A stretch of DNA of 64,000 nucleotides from Octopus vulgaris (lineage: Eukaryota). Of the stretch, positions 11,809 to 24,317 are shown piece by piece; the stretch's first letter is position 1, and each line of letters starts with the position of its first letter. Both the position numbers and the translations under genes were made by a program. Below the pieces are notes generated by a model. That model did no database searches. It was not told the origin of the DNA and saw only the letters and a list, made by a program, of their open reading frames with translations. The stretch spans positions 43,214,001 to 43,278,000 of the forward strand of contig OX597816.1 of NCBI GenBank assembly GCA_951406725.2. Direction: 5' to 3'.

Positions 11809-12615
11809 TTATAATAAATTCTCGTATATTCCATCTTCCGTCTTTCATTTACCATATAGATATATACTTATATATCATATATTATATATTATATTATATA
11901 CATATATATATATATATATATACACGTATATAATCAGCTCGACTTAAAACTGATATACCGAAACATAGATTGTTAAATACATGGGAATCCTTATTTACAT
12001 GATATCGTCTACACATAATCACAATCTATATGTACCCCAACACACATACACACACACTGTATATAGATACTCAATTATATACGTGGATATACGTATATAC
12101 GTTTGTGTGTGCTTGTGTGTGTGCGCTTGTGCATGTGTCTGTGGAAGAGTGTGTACGTATGCATGTATATAGTTCATCTCTCACACTCAATACCTCCATT
12201 ACTCATCGAATTCTCTCCGTTACTTATGCATACAAATGCAATTACAAATGCTGGCAAGTGTGAAATGAAGTTCAGATTACAGGCCACCGTCCCCAGCTTG
12301 GCAATCAATGCAGATCGATCCACCGAATAGCCGCTTAATTCCATAGCAGTGTCGGCTTAAGTTTTAATAATAATTACGCAATAATTGTGTTTAATCGATA
12401 GACCTAAAACCAGGTTTCTTGTCTCTGAACCAACTAGAAATCCACTTACTTTTCGATAATATGTTGTGAGTGATTTAATTTTCTTCTTTTTTATAATTAT
12501 TAGTTGCTCCTTCATTCTTCTAAATTAGTTTTGAAACTATTTAAGATATATGCAGAGGTGTATGTTTGTGCAGAGGTATATTTCCTGAATAAGTACTTCA
12601 GAGTGCGTAGCTGTG

Positions 12616-12664
<49 letters not shown>

Positions 12665-12840
12665 TTGTGTGTGTGCGTTTCTGTGTGTGTGTGTATGTGT
12701 GTGTGTGTGTGTGTGTGTGTTTGTCTGCGTGTGTATTAATTCAAAACTCTCGATGTCTAGCTTCCTCACACATTTACTATACAGAGAGCGTATAAGCTAG
12801 TAACGCAAATCATTCAATGCGTTCTTCTGTTTTTAGCACC

Positions 12841-13187
12841 ACGTTCCCAAATTACCTTCATATTGAGTTTATATATATACATACATACACATATGTATAT
12901 ATGCATATATATATATACATATATGTATATACATATATGTATATATATAACGGGAAGCTTTATGAAAATAAACAAAAGACGAAGGCAGGTGGAATACAAG
13001 CAAACAATTGTATTAGTATGGCGCTCAGGAATATAAATAAAACAAGTCTTTTACGTTTCGAGCCTACGCTCTTCAACAGAAAGATACACAGAAAAGAAAC
13101 ACGGAAAGAAACAAGGAGAGAAAAAAATGCGTGCAGAAGCTAGTGAATCAACATGGCGATATATATATATGTATATATATATATATA

Positions 13188-13232
<45 letters not shown>

Positions 13233-13290
13233 AAGTATATATATATTTGTGTGTAGGTAGAAACTTAATATGAAGGTAATTTGGGAACGT
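12841..13290. repeat. 30-bp inverted repeats enclosing microsatellites and an HHR-bearing insert
   Basis: ACGTTCCCAAATTACCTTCATATTGAGTTT (12841-12870) vs 13261-13290, 1 mismatch. Confidence 0.75.
12952..13159 (-). mobile_element. Penelope-like terminal fragment with minimal hammerhead-like motif
   Basis: Minus strand UCUUU-CUGUUGA-A-GAGC GUAG GCUC-GAAACGUA-AAAGA (13047-13084); inserted in TA-rich microsatellite; related to 42981-43157 and 16007-16050. Confidence 0.65.
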
Positions 13291-14279
13291 ATTTAACAAA
13301 AAGATAACAAACGGAAAATTTGACAAAACATGGTACGCAGAAAATTCGTCCACGAGATCATAGCGGTGTCATGCTTTGAACATTGATACCACTCCGTCTT
13401 GGCAGCGCCAGAGCAGAAATCTACTGGATATAGCCAACGAACGTATATGACACAATCACGAGAAACTAGGATGTTATTAAGACATAAATATTTCATTCAA
13501 TTCACTCGAACAAATTCTTCCCTAAAGTCATTATGTAACTAAGCCACGAATAATGGAATTTAAATAAGAACTGCCGAAGACACTTCATCAATCGACATTA
13601 CCCTACATCGGCCATGCGATACACAACTACAATGCTTGCTGCACATTTTTTTTTTTTTAAATTTAGCACTCAAGAACGCTCAGGCAAGTAGGGCGTCTTA
13701 GCAAATATATAAATCATGTATAAACAGAAGAAAATTATCTTTACATTAATCAAAAGTAAAAATAAAAAGGTGACAACATTTGTTAGACGTACATTGTTTC
13801 GAGAATATATTTTAGTGCGATACCATTGAGATACCTGTGGGCTATCGCGTAAATGAAAGCAACTAATAATGAATCACTGATAAGATAATCGAACTTTTTC
13901 TATAATTCACAAAAAGATAGATATAGCGATATGCAGTATGTTCATTATTGAAATAAATCGATGGTGACCAATTATGTTTCTATCCTTGAAATATCATATA
14001 CTTGAGAAGCAAGACGTGCTTATGGCTGTGTAGTAAAAGACGTTTTCTTCGTAACTGCGATGTTCTAGTTATATATTTCATAGTCTCAGGTTGACTATAG
14101 CCTTACGAACAAACCTAGCTGACTCCTCATGCAGACACACACATAAACCCCCACACACATAAACCCCCACACACATACACACATATATACACACATAAAC
14201 CCCCACACACATACACACATATATACACACATGTATATGCATACATACACAAGTACATACGCATACTTATATACATATA

Positions 14280-14462
14280 TATTTCTTTACTACCCACAAG
14301 GGGCTAAACACAGAGGGGACAAACAAGGACAGACAAACGGATTAAGTCGATTACATCGATCCCAGTGCGTAACTGGTACTTAATTTATCGACCCCGAAAG
14401 GACGAAAGGCAAAGTCGACCTCGGCGGAATTTGAACTCAGAACGTAGCCAGCTCGCCGCCTT
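14280..14462 (-). mobile_element. SINE family C (internal deletion)
   Basis: Reverse complement of the family-C copy at 4998. Confidence 0.85.
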
Positions 14463-15000
14463 GTATACATATATATACTTATATACATATATATAGTGAT
14501 TGTGGGTTGATATGTCAAAAAAAAAAGAAGAAAAATGTGTTCGCTCATCCATTGAGTTAAATAGATAAATATATTAGGGATTCATAAATGTATTACGATA
14601 CCTGGAAAGAAGGTCAACACTTAGAAGTTTCTAGTCCAAACAAGGGTTAAAATCATTTCTCACACCATGAAAGCATGCGCGCAGGAAATTTACTGCTGGG
14701 AAAATTATAGCGATTTTCTTTTGTATTCAGAAACGAATGGGTGTTAGAACAAACAGGTGAAAGACGAACGTTGTAAAAATGAAAAAGAAGGAACCTACAA
14801 AAGCCCATCCGTTATGGCAATATTCGAAGAAACAGAGGTCTGAAAAACTCCTGATATAAAACGAAGTTAGCTAAAACCTCCATCTATGGGCTCCTGCCTC
14901 GACAGTGATGTCCAGTTATAACGGCAGTGTTGTTTCTCTGAATCCACTAGTGGCGCGGTGAGGGGTGACACGGTGCATGGACAACAAACTGTATCCTTAA

Positions 15001-15333
15001 GTGAAGGCGCATGGCTTAGTGGTTAGGGCATTCGGCAGACGATTGTAAGGTCGTGAGTTCGATTCCCGGCGATGCATTGTGTCCTTAAGCAAGACACTTT
15101 ATTTCACGTTGCTCCAGTCCACTCAGCTGGCAAAAATGAGTTGTACCTGTATTTCAAAGGGCCGGCCTTGTCACACTCTGTGTCACGCTGAATCTCCCTG
15201 AGAACTACGTTAAGGGTACTCGTGTCTGTGGATTGCTCAGTCACTTGCACGTTAATTCCACGAGCAAGCTGTTCCGCTGATCGTATCAGCTGGGACCCTC
15301 GTCGTCGTAACCGACGGAGTGTTCCTTTGATTT
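15001..15333 (+). mobile_element. SINE family A (short variant)
   Basis: A/B boxes and full body; TSD AACTGTATCCTTA (14987-14999, 15334-15346). Confidence 0.9.
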
Positions 15334-16399
15334 AACTGTATCCTTATCTCATACTGCTCAGGTTTATAACCTAAACTTCCTATACTGTAGAAATTGAACT
15401 GGCAGCCACTGACGACGCCGCCCCTGTACAGCAGACTTATAGGTCCTTCATTCATGAACATGAATAACTAACGGAGGCCAAACAATGAAGTAACTTAGTA
15501 TAAGTGAAGTTGGATGTCAGGGTAAAAGTTGTTGCAGTTGCTTTGGTTAGATATATTTGAATTAGTGGGAATTATCTGTAAGTGGATATTACAGCATTTT
15601 ACTATTTGCAGAATAGTCTCTCTATTGTTTTTGTTGTTGTTTTTTTTTTCTAGTTATTGTGAATACGAACACTCGATAGTTGTCTATTTTCCTATGAGAT
15701 ACTATTTAATTCTCGTTTGCTTAGTTTATATTGAATTTTCTTTCAAAGTACGTACTGGCCTTTTGCTTCTATGGTTGTACATAGTTTCTATGAGGTTAAC
15801 TGCTTTTTATCTGAAATCGTATTTTAGTTGTGATGCTATTGTTACCTCGTGTGTTACCTGCACTATTTAAAAACCGGGCATTTTGAATGCATTGAAGTCT
15901 GCTAAGTGAAAGGTCTCTGAAAGACTTTCACATTTTGTGCGTAGAAATTGTTGATAATGCTATTATTATATATACCCTCACACGCTTATACATACAGATA
16001 TATATAGGGAGAATTCACAAAAAAAAGACAAAAGACGAAGACAGGTGGTGCATTTGTATGTGTATGTGTGTGCGTATTATTTATTACATCATGTAGTTGG
16101 CTTTTCTTTCAGAGACCTGCTTTCTGGCACTTGGTCTTCTCTTAAATTATGAATATCATTTGATGAATCATCGTACAAGATATATGGCTATATGCATGCT
16201 TTAAGATTTCCTCTCATGTCATTGGGTCTTCTAACCAGATAATCCGTGTATTGTATCTGGATTATAAAACGTATCCTGAATTATTGGTAGGTAAAATGCT
16301 GTGTGTTATGAATAAAATTCTTTTTCGTGAACGCATTTTACAATCTTAGTATTTGTAACTATTGTTATAGTTTAGATATTTAAGTTATGTTTAAAATGT

Positions 16400-16816
16400 T
16401 GAGTGGCTGTGTGGTAAGTAGCTTGCTTCCCAACCACATGGTTCCGGGTTCAGTCTCACTGCGTGGTACCTTGGGCAAGTGTCTTTTGCTATAGCCTCGG
16501 GCCAACCAAAGCCTTGTGAGTGGATTCGGTAGACGGAAACTGAAAGAAGCCCGTCGTATATATGAACATATATATAAGTATGCGTGTGTGAATATGTTTG
16601 TGTGTCTGTGTTTGTCCCCACAACATCGTTTGACAAACGATGCCGGTGCGTTTGCGTCCCCGTAACTTAGCGGTTCGGCCGAAGTGACCTATAAAATAGG
16701 TGCTAGGTTTACAAAAAGTAAGTCCTGTTCTGGGGTCGATTTGCTCGACTAAAGGCGGTGCTCCAGCATGGCCACAGTCAAATGACTGAAACAATCAAAA
16801 GAGTAAAAAGTAAAGA
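16400..16816 (+). mobile_element. SINE family B
   Basis: Full-length match to copies at 53146 and 55205. Confidence 0.9.
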
Positions 16817-17171
16817 GGTGTATTTAAGATATCTAAAATTTTTTCTGTTATCCTATGATGCTGAGAACGGTAAGACAACACAAAAGTGTTCTTCGTTGCG
16901 GTTCGCTCTGGCTTTATTGTTTCTATGATTATTTCGCTTTGATTATTTGTTTGATTAGATTTAGCTTTGAAACATGCAAGTCTTTACAGCATATGTTTAT
17001 TTGTTCGATAATTTGGCAATTATAAGCAGATGTGTGCAAATACTGAACTGAATTTTCATCGGCTGCAATGTTCTTCGTGCTTTCGCCTTTCACGAAAGCA
17101 GAAAGACAAAGATGACGTGAAAGTAAGGAGTTTATACAAGGTCGAACCCAACATTGCAAATTTGTGTGTGT

Positions 17172-18014
17172 GTGAGTCAAAAAGTAATGCCATTTTCTTT
17201 ATTTTATGTGAAGTTTTTGATAAAAATAACTGAAAATTTTCCCAGTTATAAAAGATTATATCATTTTCGCTCTGAAATATTTTGTTTCTTACTTTTCAGG
17301 TTTTTAGACTGCTAAGGAAAATTCAAAATGGCTGCCCACATAGAGTTACGTCAAAAAGAAAGGGCATTGATTGAATTTCTTGTTGCTGAGGTGGAAACCC
17401 CTGTGAAAATACACCGACGATTAAAAAATGTCTTTGAGGACAATACTTTAGTTTATAGCAAAAGATGAAAAGGTGGGAACTGTGAGTGCAGTCGATAAAT
17501 ACCGTTCTGGCCGTCTATCCGCTTCTGTGAATCCTGCCAATATGGCTAAAGCAGATGCTCTGATCAGAGAAGACAGGCGCATAACACTTGATGAGTTGGC
17601 AGAAAAACTTGAAGTGAGCCATGGAAGTGCATACAACATTGTCGAATCACTTGGCTTTTCAAAAGTGTGTGCCCGTTGGGTACCGAGAGAGCTGACTACC
17701 GAACGCAAGACTGACAGGGTCAATGCCTGCACTAAACTTCTCGAAGAAAGTCAAAGAGACATTATTCCAGTGACGACGAAGTGAAAACTCTAGTGAAGAA
17801 ATAGCTCAAAGAACAGTCAGCAGAATTTTACGGAGCAAGGATACATGGTCTCATTCAAAGGTAGAGCATTGCTATTGACAGAAATGGTGACTATGCTAAG
17901 AAGTAGGGATGTATTCCACAGAGGACCAGCTTCATTTTGATGTATGGTACATGTTCCTGTGAGGGTAATTATAACTGTCCTAAACAAAATGGCATTACTT
18001 TTTGACTCACCCTC

Positions 18015-18015
<1 letters not shown>
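17172..18015 (+). mobile_element. internally deleted mariner transposon (irritans-like TIR)
   Basis: TIRs GTGAGTCAAAAAGTAATGCCATTTT (17172-17196) and its inverse ending ..CCCTCG+TA at 18015; decayed transposase from ATG 17328: RQKERALIEFL..IHRRLKNVF..DRRITLDELAEKLEVSHGS..KVCARWVPRELT; DDD domain mostly deleted. Confidence 0.92.
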
Positions 18016-18103
<88 letters not shown>

Positions 18104-18106
18104 TAT

Positions 18107-18174
<68 letters not shown>

Positions 18175-18288
18175 AAGGCAGAAATATTAGAAACAGAAAT
18201 CCCCATAAAATTCAACAAATCAGAATACAAATTCAACCATGTCATAGAATATTATATTTAATACTTACTATTCGTTTTCAAAGTTTTC

Positions 18289-18366
18289 GACTACACGTGT
18301 TTCATGAGGTCGTATACTATGTCTCTAACAGAACCTCTCCTTATATACAACCCCAATCTTCAGGTC
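18289..18366 (-). ncRNA. type I hammerhead ribozyme motif
   Basis: Minus strand GAC-CUGAAGA, 12-bp stem II UGGGGUUGUAUA/UAUACGACCUCA, GAAAC-ACGU-GUA-GUC; lies ~120 nt from a long (TA)n. Confidence 0.7.
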
Positions 18367-18759
18367 CGCCGATCCCCCGTTTATAACTTTATCTATCATT
18401 ATATATTCCAACTTAAAAGTATATCAAACTAAACAGATGTATAAATAATTTCTAGTATGTCAAAACATAGAGATGTGTAAATAAATTCATTGAACCCTGC
18501 AGTTTAAGCCACTTTAGAACGTCGGACAAAATGATTCGCGGCTTTCTTCCGACCTTACATTCTGAGGTCAAATACCACTTGGATCCGCTTGGCCTTACGT
18601 AGTGTTGGGTTGGATAAAATAATTAGCAGTTGAATACTAGATGCGTTGATTAATCTAAGAATCAGCTTTTTCTCTGCCCATAGCACAAAATGAATGAATT
18701 GATTATTGACGATGACGTACAAGTAGAAGAATTACATACGTAATTATATATAATCTGAA

Positions 18760-18921
18760 ATGTTTCAGTCGTTTCGCTGTGGCCATGGTGGAGCATCGCC
18801 TTTAGTCGAGTAAATGGACCCCAGGACTTATTCTTTGTAAGCCTAGTACTTATTCTATCTGTTTCTTTTGCCAAACCTCTAGGTGACGGAGACGCAAACA
18901 CACTAACATCGGTTGTCAAAC
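18760..18921 (-). mobile_element. SINE family B, 3' part
   Basis: Reverse complement of family-B tail. Confidence 0.8.
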
Positions 18922-19784
18922 GGCTTAGCTTAGCTCAGCTCAAGACACACACACACCATTTTTATGCGCGTGTGTGTGTGCCTATATAGACGTGTGCGGG
19001 TATGCGCGTATATAGACGTGTGTGTGCATCCATATGGGTATGTGCGTATATAGACGTGTTTTATTCTTATTGCTTATGTTGTTTTATACTTCTTTACACA
19101 TTTTTCTGTATTTTGCCTTTAGCTCTGTTTTTTCTTGTGCCTGTGCATATATAGACGTGTGTATGAAGCATTTTGTGCGCGTGTGTGTGAGCGAGCGTGT
19201 ATGCGGGTATATATATATATATATTTTTCGGCGAATGTGTGGGTGAGCATGTGTGTGTTTGAAGTGAGGGTAGATGAGTATATATTTATAGGCGCATGTA
19301 CGTGGGTGTGCGGGCGCTCATGTGTAGGTATGGGCATGCGCGCTTACGCAAATACTATGAACAATTTTATTCCCTTACCTTTTTACTCCCTCCCCTCACT
19401 TAGTGGTCATTCTAATGGCTCTTTTTTCTTAATAACGGTCAATCACACAGTAATTTCCCTTTGCTTAACAGTCATTTTCATAGCATTTTTTCGTTGGCCG
19501 GATAACTGGAGAGATGGCGACGTGGGTTTCCACCCCAACATCCGAAACTCGGAGTATTATTGTTTATATACATTTTCGTATCGACCAAAGCCTTTGGAGA
19601 GAAATTCTGGTTGGGAGGACCAATATGGATGATCATTGACTGTACATATGTATAACATATTGGTACAGAACATGTGTATAAGATATTACGCGTACTCCGG
19701 TTATAGTAACTGCGAAAAGTTTCGAGTGCTTGCACTAGAAACTCGTGTTTCCGTTTCTGTGAAGTGCAATTCCTCAATTATAAA

Positions 19785-20175
19785 CGCAGGTATGGTTTTG
19801 CGGTAAGAAGATTGCTTGCCAGCCACTTGGTTTGGGGTTCAGTTCGACTGCGTGGCACCTTGAGCAAGCGTCTTCTATTACAGCTTCAAGCCAACCAAAT
19901 CCTTGTGAACGGTAGACGGAAACTGAGCGAAGCCTGTCATGTGTGTGTGCATGTGTGTGAGTGTCCTTGCATCAGTATTTTTTCTCCCATCACGGCTTGA
20001 CAACCGGTGGTACGTCCCCCGTAACTTAACGGTTCGGCAAAAGACCTGATAGAATAAGTCCTAAGATTTAAAAAAAAAGAACTGGGGAGTCGATCCATCA
20101 GACCAAAATTCTTCAAGTCGGTGCCCCAGCATGGCCGCAGTCTTATGACTGAAACGAGAAGTAAAAGATAAAAGA
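19785..20175 (+). mobile_element. SINE family B (diverged)
   Basis: Head, core and tail recognisable against other copies. Confidence 0.8.
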
Positions 20176-21071
20176 AACAAAATAAACGATAATCTCTACT
20201 GTCTGCCTGTATCCAATAATCACATTAATTTAACCTGTATCATAAATATCTACTGCTGTTGTTACATTTATACGAAGATAATTGCATCTGTTGACCTCTA
20301 GATACCAGTGGTAATCTCATAAGAGTTTCAGCCTGTAGATAGATCGTCCAACACCATTTCATTGATCGACCGTGAAAAATTTAATATTCTCTTTCAAAAT
20401 TCCTTATACTTAGTAAACAATGTTTTACTTTCATGCAATAGCTTCCGTGTCGTTTTGGCAACTGTTATATTTACGGTAACGTTCGCGTGACAGTTATATT
20501 TACATACACTACCCAGCAAAAATTATCGATAAATATATTAAATTGTATATGTATAGACAAGCATGTATAGGCGTATGTTTTGGCGAAATACAATATTATA
20601 ATATCGCATGGTATCCAACTTTGTTATCCAATATATGAGAAAACAGTACCATGTCGTGACTTCATTGCAAAATTGGCAAAGGAGAAATATGTGTCCATTT
20701 ATTTATTTTTTACCTTTTTATAGATTTTTTTCTTATTTCTGTAATTTATATTCATCTTACATAACAATGTTATTCACCTCTCGGTTTTACTTTCTTCTCC
20801 TTTATCATATTTAAAACTGTTGTATCGTAACGAATGTTTATCCTCCTTGCGCAAATATTTACATATGATACACATGTGTATATACACGCGTAAATATGTA
20901 CATATAAATTGATATGTAAATTGATATATACATATATATACATATACATATTTACATATACGTGAATATGTATAATATATAATCTATTGGTATAAATACA
21001 TACGTATATACATACATACTTATATGATGTATGTAAATGTATGTATACATATGTATATATATATATATATG

Positions 21072-21118
<47 letters not shown>

Positions 21119-21130
21119 GTATATATATAC

Positions 21131-21189
<59 letters not shown>

Positions 21190-21378
21190 TTCGGTGATGT
21201 TTATATGTATATAAGTATATATATGTATGTATAATATTTAGCATAGTTATTATTTTAAAAAGTTTAGTTCAGACCCTTGTAAATGGAAGAATAATATAAT
21301 GTGACTGCTACTCAATGTGTTGAGTGCCTTTTTCTTTCGTTTGCTCACGGACTTGAATGCATGTGTTATATATATATA

Positions 21379-21441
<63 letters not shown>

Positions 21442-21605
21442 CATATATATATATTTGTTGAAATGGAAAGATGAATTATCTTGTTACGGATTATTCAAAA
21501 ATTTAACCGATACCTGGGTAGCAAAAATCACAGCAGAAAAAACACGGTTGGAGATATGACCATATGATGTTGCAACCGTGCGTTGGCGCGGATAATTGAA
21601 GTTTA

Positions 21606-22024
21606 ATATAATTAGTGAATGGAAGAAATGGAGTTGAACGAAGATTGTACAGAATTCCTTTTATTACATTCTACACATGTTTCAAAGGCCACAATTTTCC
21701 AAATTCTGATTAAATAAGGATACCATATTGCAGCTTTCTCTTCAGGAAAAACCAGGAATTACGTTGTCAGAACAAAACAAAACAAAGGCGCAGCAGAGCA
21801 ATTCGAACGAGGACGCTCCTTAAGAGCCCATGGGTACCCATGGGCTCGCGCCTTTGTTTTGTTTTGTTCTGACAACGTAATTCCTGGTTTTTCCTGAAGA
21901 GAAAGCTGCAATATGGTATCCTTATTTAATCAGAATTTGGAAAATTGTGTCCTTTGAAACATGTGTAGAATGTAATAAAAGGAATTCTGTACAATCTTCG
22001 TTCAACTCCATTTCTTCCATTCAC

Positions 22025-22033
<9 letters not shown>
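21606..22033. repeat. long near-perfect inverted repeat (Penelope-like fold-back) carrying a hammerhead motif in each arm
   Basis: 186-bp arms (21606-21791 / 21848-22033), one mismatch seen; 24-bp perfect palindrome GAGCCCATGGGTACCCATGGGCTC (21824-21847) in the spacer; HHR CUGAAGA 21894-21900, GAAAC-AUGU-GUA 21956-21967. Confidence 0.9.
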
Positions 22034-22096
<63 letters not shown>

Positions 22097-22097
<1 letters not shown>

Positions 22098-22270
22098 CAA
22101 TAATAATTCTCTAAATGAGATATAGACTGTAACTGCTCCATAACATAAGGGACTAAAGCCATCTGAATATGGCTAGGGACAGGGCAGGGTGGTGGGGGTG
22201 TTGCAACAGTAACACCCCCACCACCCTGCCCTGTCCCTAGCCATATTCAGATGGCTTTAGTCCCTTATGT

Positions 22271-22273
<3 letters not shown>
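22097..22273. repeat. fold-back element in (TA)n, 63-bp perfect arms
   Basis: Arms 22140-22202 / 22211-22273, 8-nt spacer; homologous to 61904-62160. Confidence 0.85.
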
Positions 22274-22303
<30 letters not shown>

Positions 22304-22314
22304 ATATATATATG

Positions 22315-22346
<32 letters not shown>

Positions 22347-22369
22347 TATTTATATACACACACATACAT

Positions 22370-22541
22370 TTCTTGTTACTTGCTTCAGTAATCTCATAGC
22401 AGTCATGCTGGTGCACCAGCTAGAATGGATTTAGTTAAACAAATCGACACCGGGACTTATTTTTTAAAGCCTGATACTTATTTATCAGGTGTGTTTTGTC
22501 GGACTGCTAAGTTACGGGGACGTAAATACACATACATTCCC

Positions 22542-22584
<43 letters not shown>

Positions 22585-22746
22585 ACAACAGGACTCTTCC
22601 AATTTCCGCCAATTGAATCCACTCACAAGGCTTCGGGCGGCCCGAAGCTTTAGATTAAGACTCTTGCTCAAGGTGCCACGCTGTGGAACTAAAAGCCGGG
22701 TACCATATGTACCATATGATTGGGGAGACTTACTACACAGCAACGC
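22370..22746 (-). mobile_element. SINE family B (old, diverged)
   Basis: Degenerate reverse-complement match to family B. Confidence 0.7.
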
Positions 22747-22762
22747 TTATACCTTTACATAT

Positions 22763-23174
22763 ATTACTCTTTTACTCTTTTAATTGTTTCAGTCATTTAA
22801 CTGCGGCCATGCTGGAGCACCGCCTTCTAGTCGAGTAAATCGACCCCATGACTTATTCTTTGTAAGCCTAGTACTTATTCTATCGGTCTCTTTTGCTGAA
22901 CCGCTAAGTTACGGGGACGTAAATACACCACCATCGGTTGTCAAGCAATGGTGGGGGGGGGGACAAACACAAACACACAAACATATACACACATACATAT
23001 ATATACATATATACGACAGGCCCCTTCCAGTTTCCGTCTACCAAATCCACTCACAAGGCTTTGGTCAGCCCGAGGCCATAATAGAAGACACTTGCCCAAG
23101 GTGTCACACAGTGGGAATGAACCCGGAACAATGTGGTTGGTAAGCAAGCAACTTACCACACAGCCACTCCTGCG

Positions 23175-23177
<3 letters not shown>
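22763..23177 (-). mobile_element. SINE family B
   Basis: Full-length reverse-complement copy. Confidence 0.9.
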
Positions 23178-23229
<52 letters not shown>

Positions 23230-23544
23230 TAAACAAAGATTGTTAACAGCAGTATACTCACACGCGTCAGTGCACACACAAACACACGAACACACAAGCA
23301 CATATTTAAAAATATGTTAAAAATAAAATACAATTGGCCACTCCATTAACCATCACCCGGTAGTTAATGGAGCGGTGAAGTGTATTCCATTTTCATTTTA
23401 TTGTGTTAATACTTTCTAGAATATGAACACATTGGTCACACCATTAAACATAGGTATGTTGTTCATGGAGTGGGTATCACAATCCTAAACATAGAAATAA
23501 ATCTGTTCCGCCAAATATAGTTTCTACATATGAATTAATGTTGT

Positions 23545-23900
23545 TATGTCGAACAGCTGTTGTCGCGTGTAGGACGGATCCGTCTATCGGCCGAGTTCAT
23601 AGTGAAGAATGATCCGCCGCCTTCCTTTGGCCAGGATGCGCAGGCAATTTTCCTCTGTCTTGTAGCAGTAGCGAAAGAGCTTGTATGGTGGCCCAGGGTC
23701 AATGAACTGAAGACAGACACCTTTCCATTCGGCCAATCCATCATCAATTTTTTTCAAATTTCACTTGGAAAGGAACTTCAGGGAGGAGAGTGATTACCCC
23801 TCACACACACACAGACACACACACCAGTACATTTGCTACAAGGTGGGTGAATGTAGCGGAAATGGCTCGTATGAGTGGACCTACTCTAATAAAGGGCCTG
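23545..23900 (+). mobile_element. L1/Tx1-like LINE, ORF2 C-terminal fragment
   Basis: VEQLLSRVGRIRLSAEFIV..FLCLVAVAKELVWW..GQSIINFF; paralogous to 26975-27697. Confidence 0.7.
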
Positions 23901-23941
23901 TAGGCTTGTGAAATTGAGGAGAAGTGTAACCTTTCCGAATA

Positions 23942-24083
23942 CCTATTTACTACCCACAAGGGGCTAAATACAGAGAGGATGCAAGGACAGACAAATGGAT
24001 CAAGTCGATTATATCGACCCCAGTGCGTAAATGGTACTTAATTTATCGACCTCGAAAGGATGAAAGGCAAAGTCGACCTCGGA
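23942..24083 (-). mobile_element. SINE family C, 3' part
   Basis: Reverse complement of family-C tail. Confidence 0.8.
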
Positions 24084-24116
24084 GAATACCCTCGAAGCGT
24101 CGGGTGGTTCAGGATT

Positions 24117-24167
24117 GAAGAAGAAGAAGAAGAAGAAGAAGAAGAAGAAGAAGAAGAAGAAGAAGAA

Positions 24168-24200
<33 letters not shown>

Positions 24201-24309
24201 GAACAAGAACAAGAACAAGAACAAAAAGAAGAAGAAGAAGAAGAAGAAGAAGAAGAAGAAGAAGAAGAAGAAGAAGAAGAAGAAGAAGAAGAAGAAGAAG
24301 AAGAAGAAG
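24117..24309 (+). repeat. compound (GAA)n-(CAA)n-(GAACAA)n-(GAA)n microsatellite
   Basis: Direct reading. Confidence 0.95.
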
Positions 24310-24317
24310 GGGAATTT

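Noticed and set aside
14944-14957. CCACTAGTGGCGC resembling a CTCF site
   Set aside because: One base short of the consensus spacing; a single short match is not evidence.
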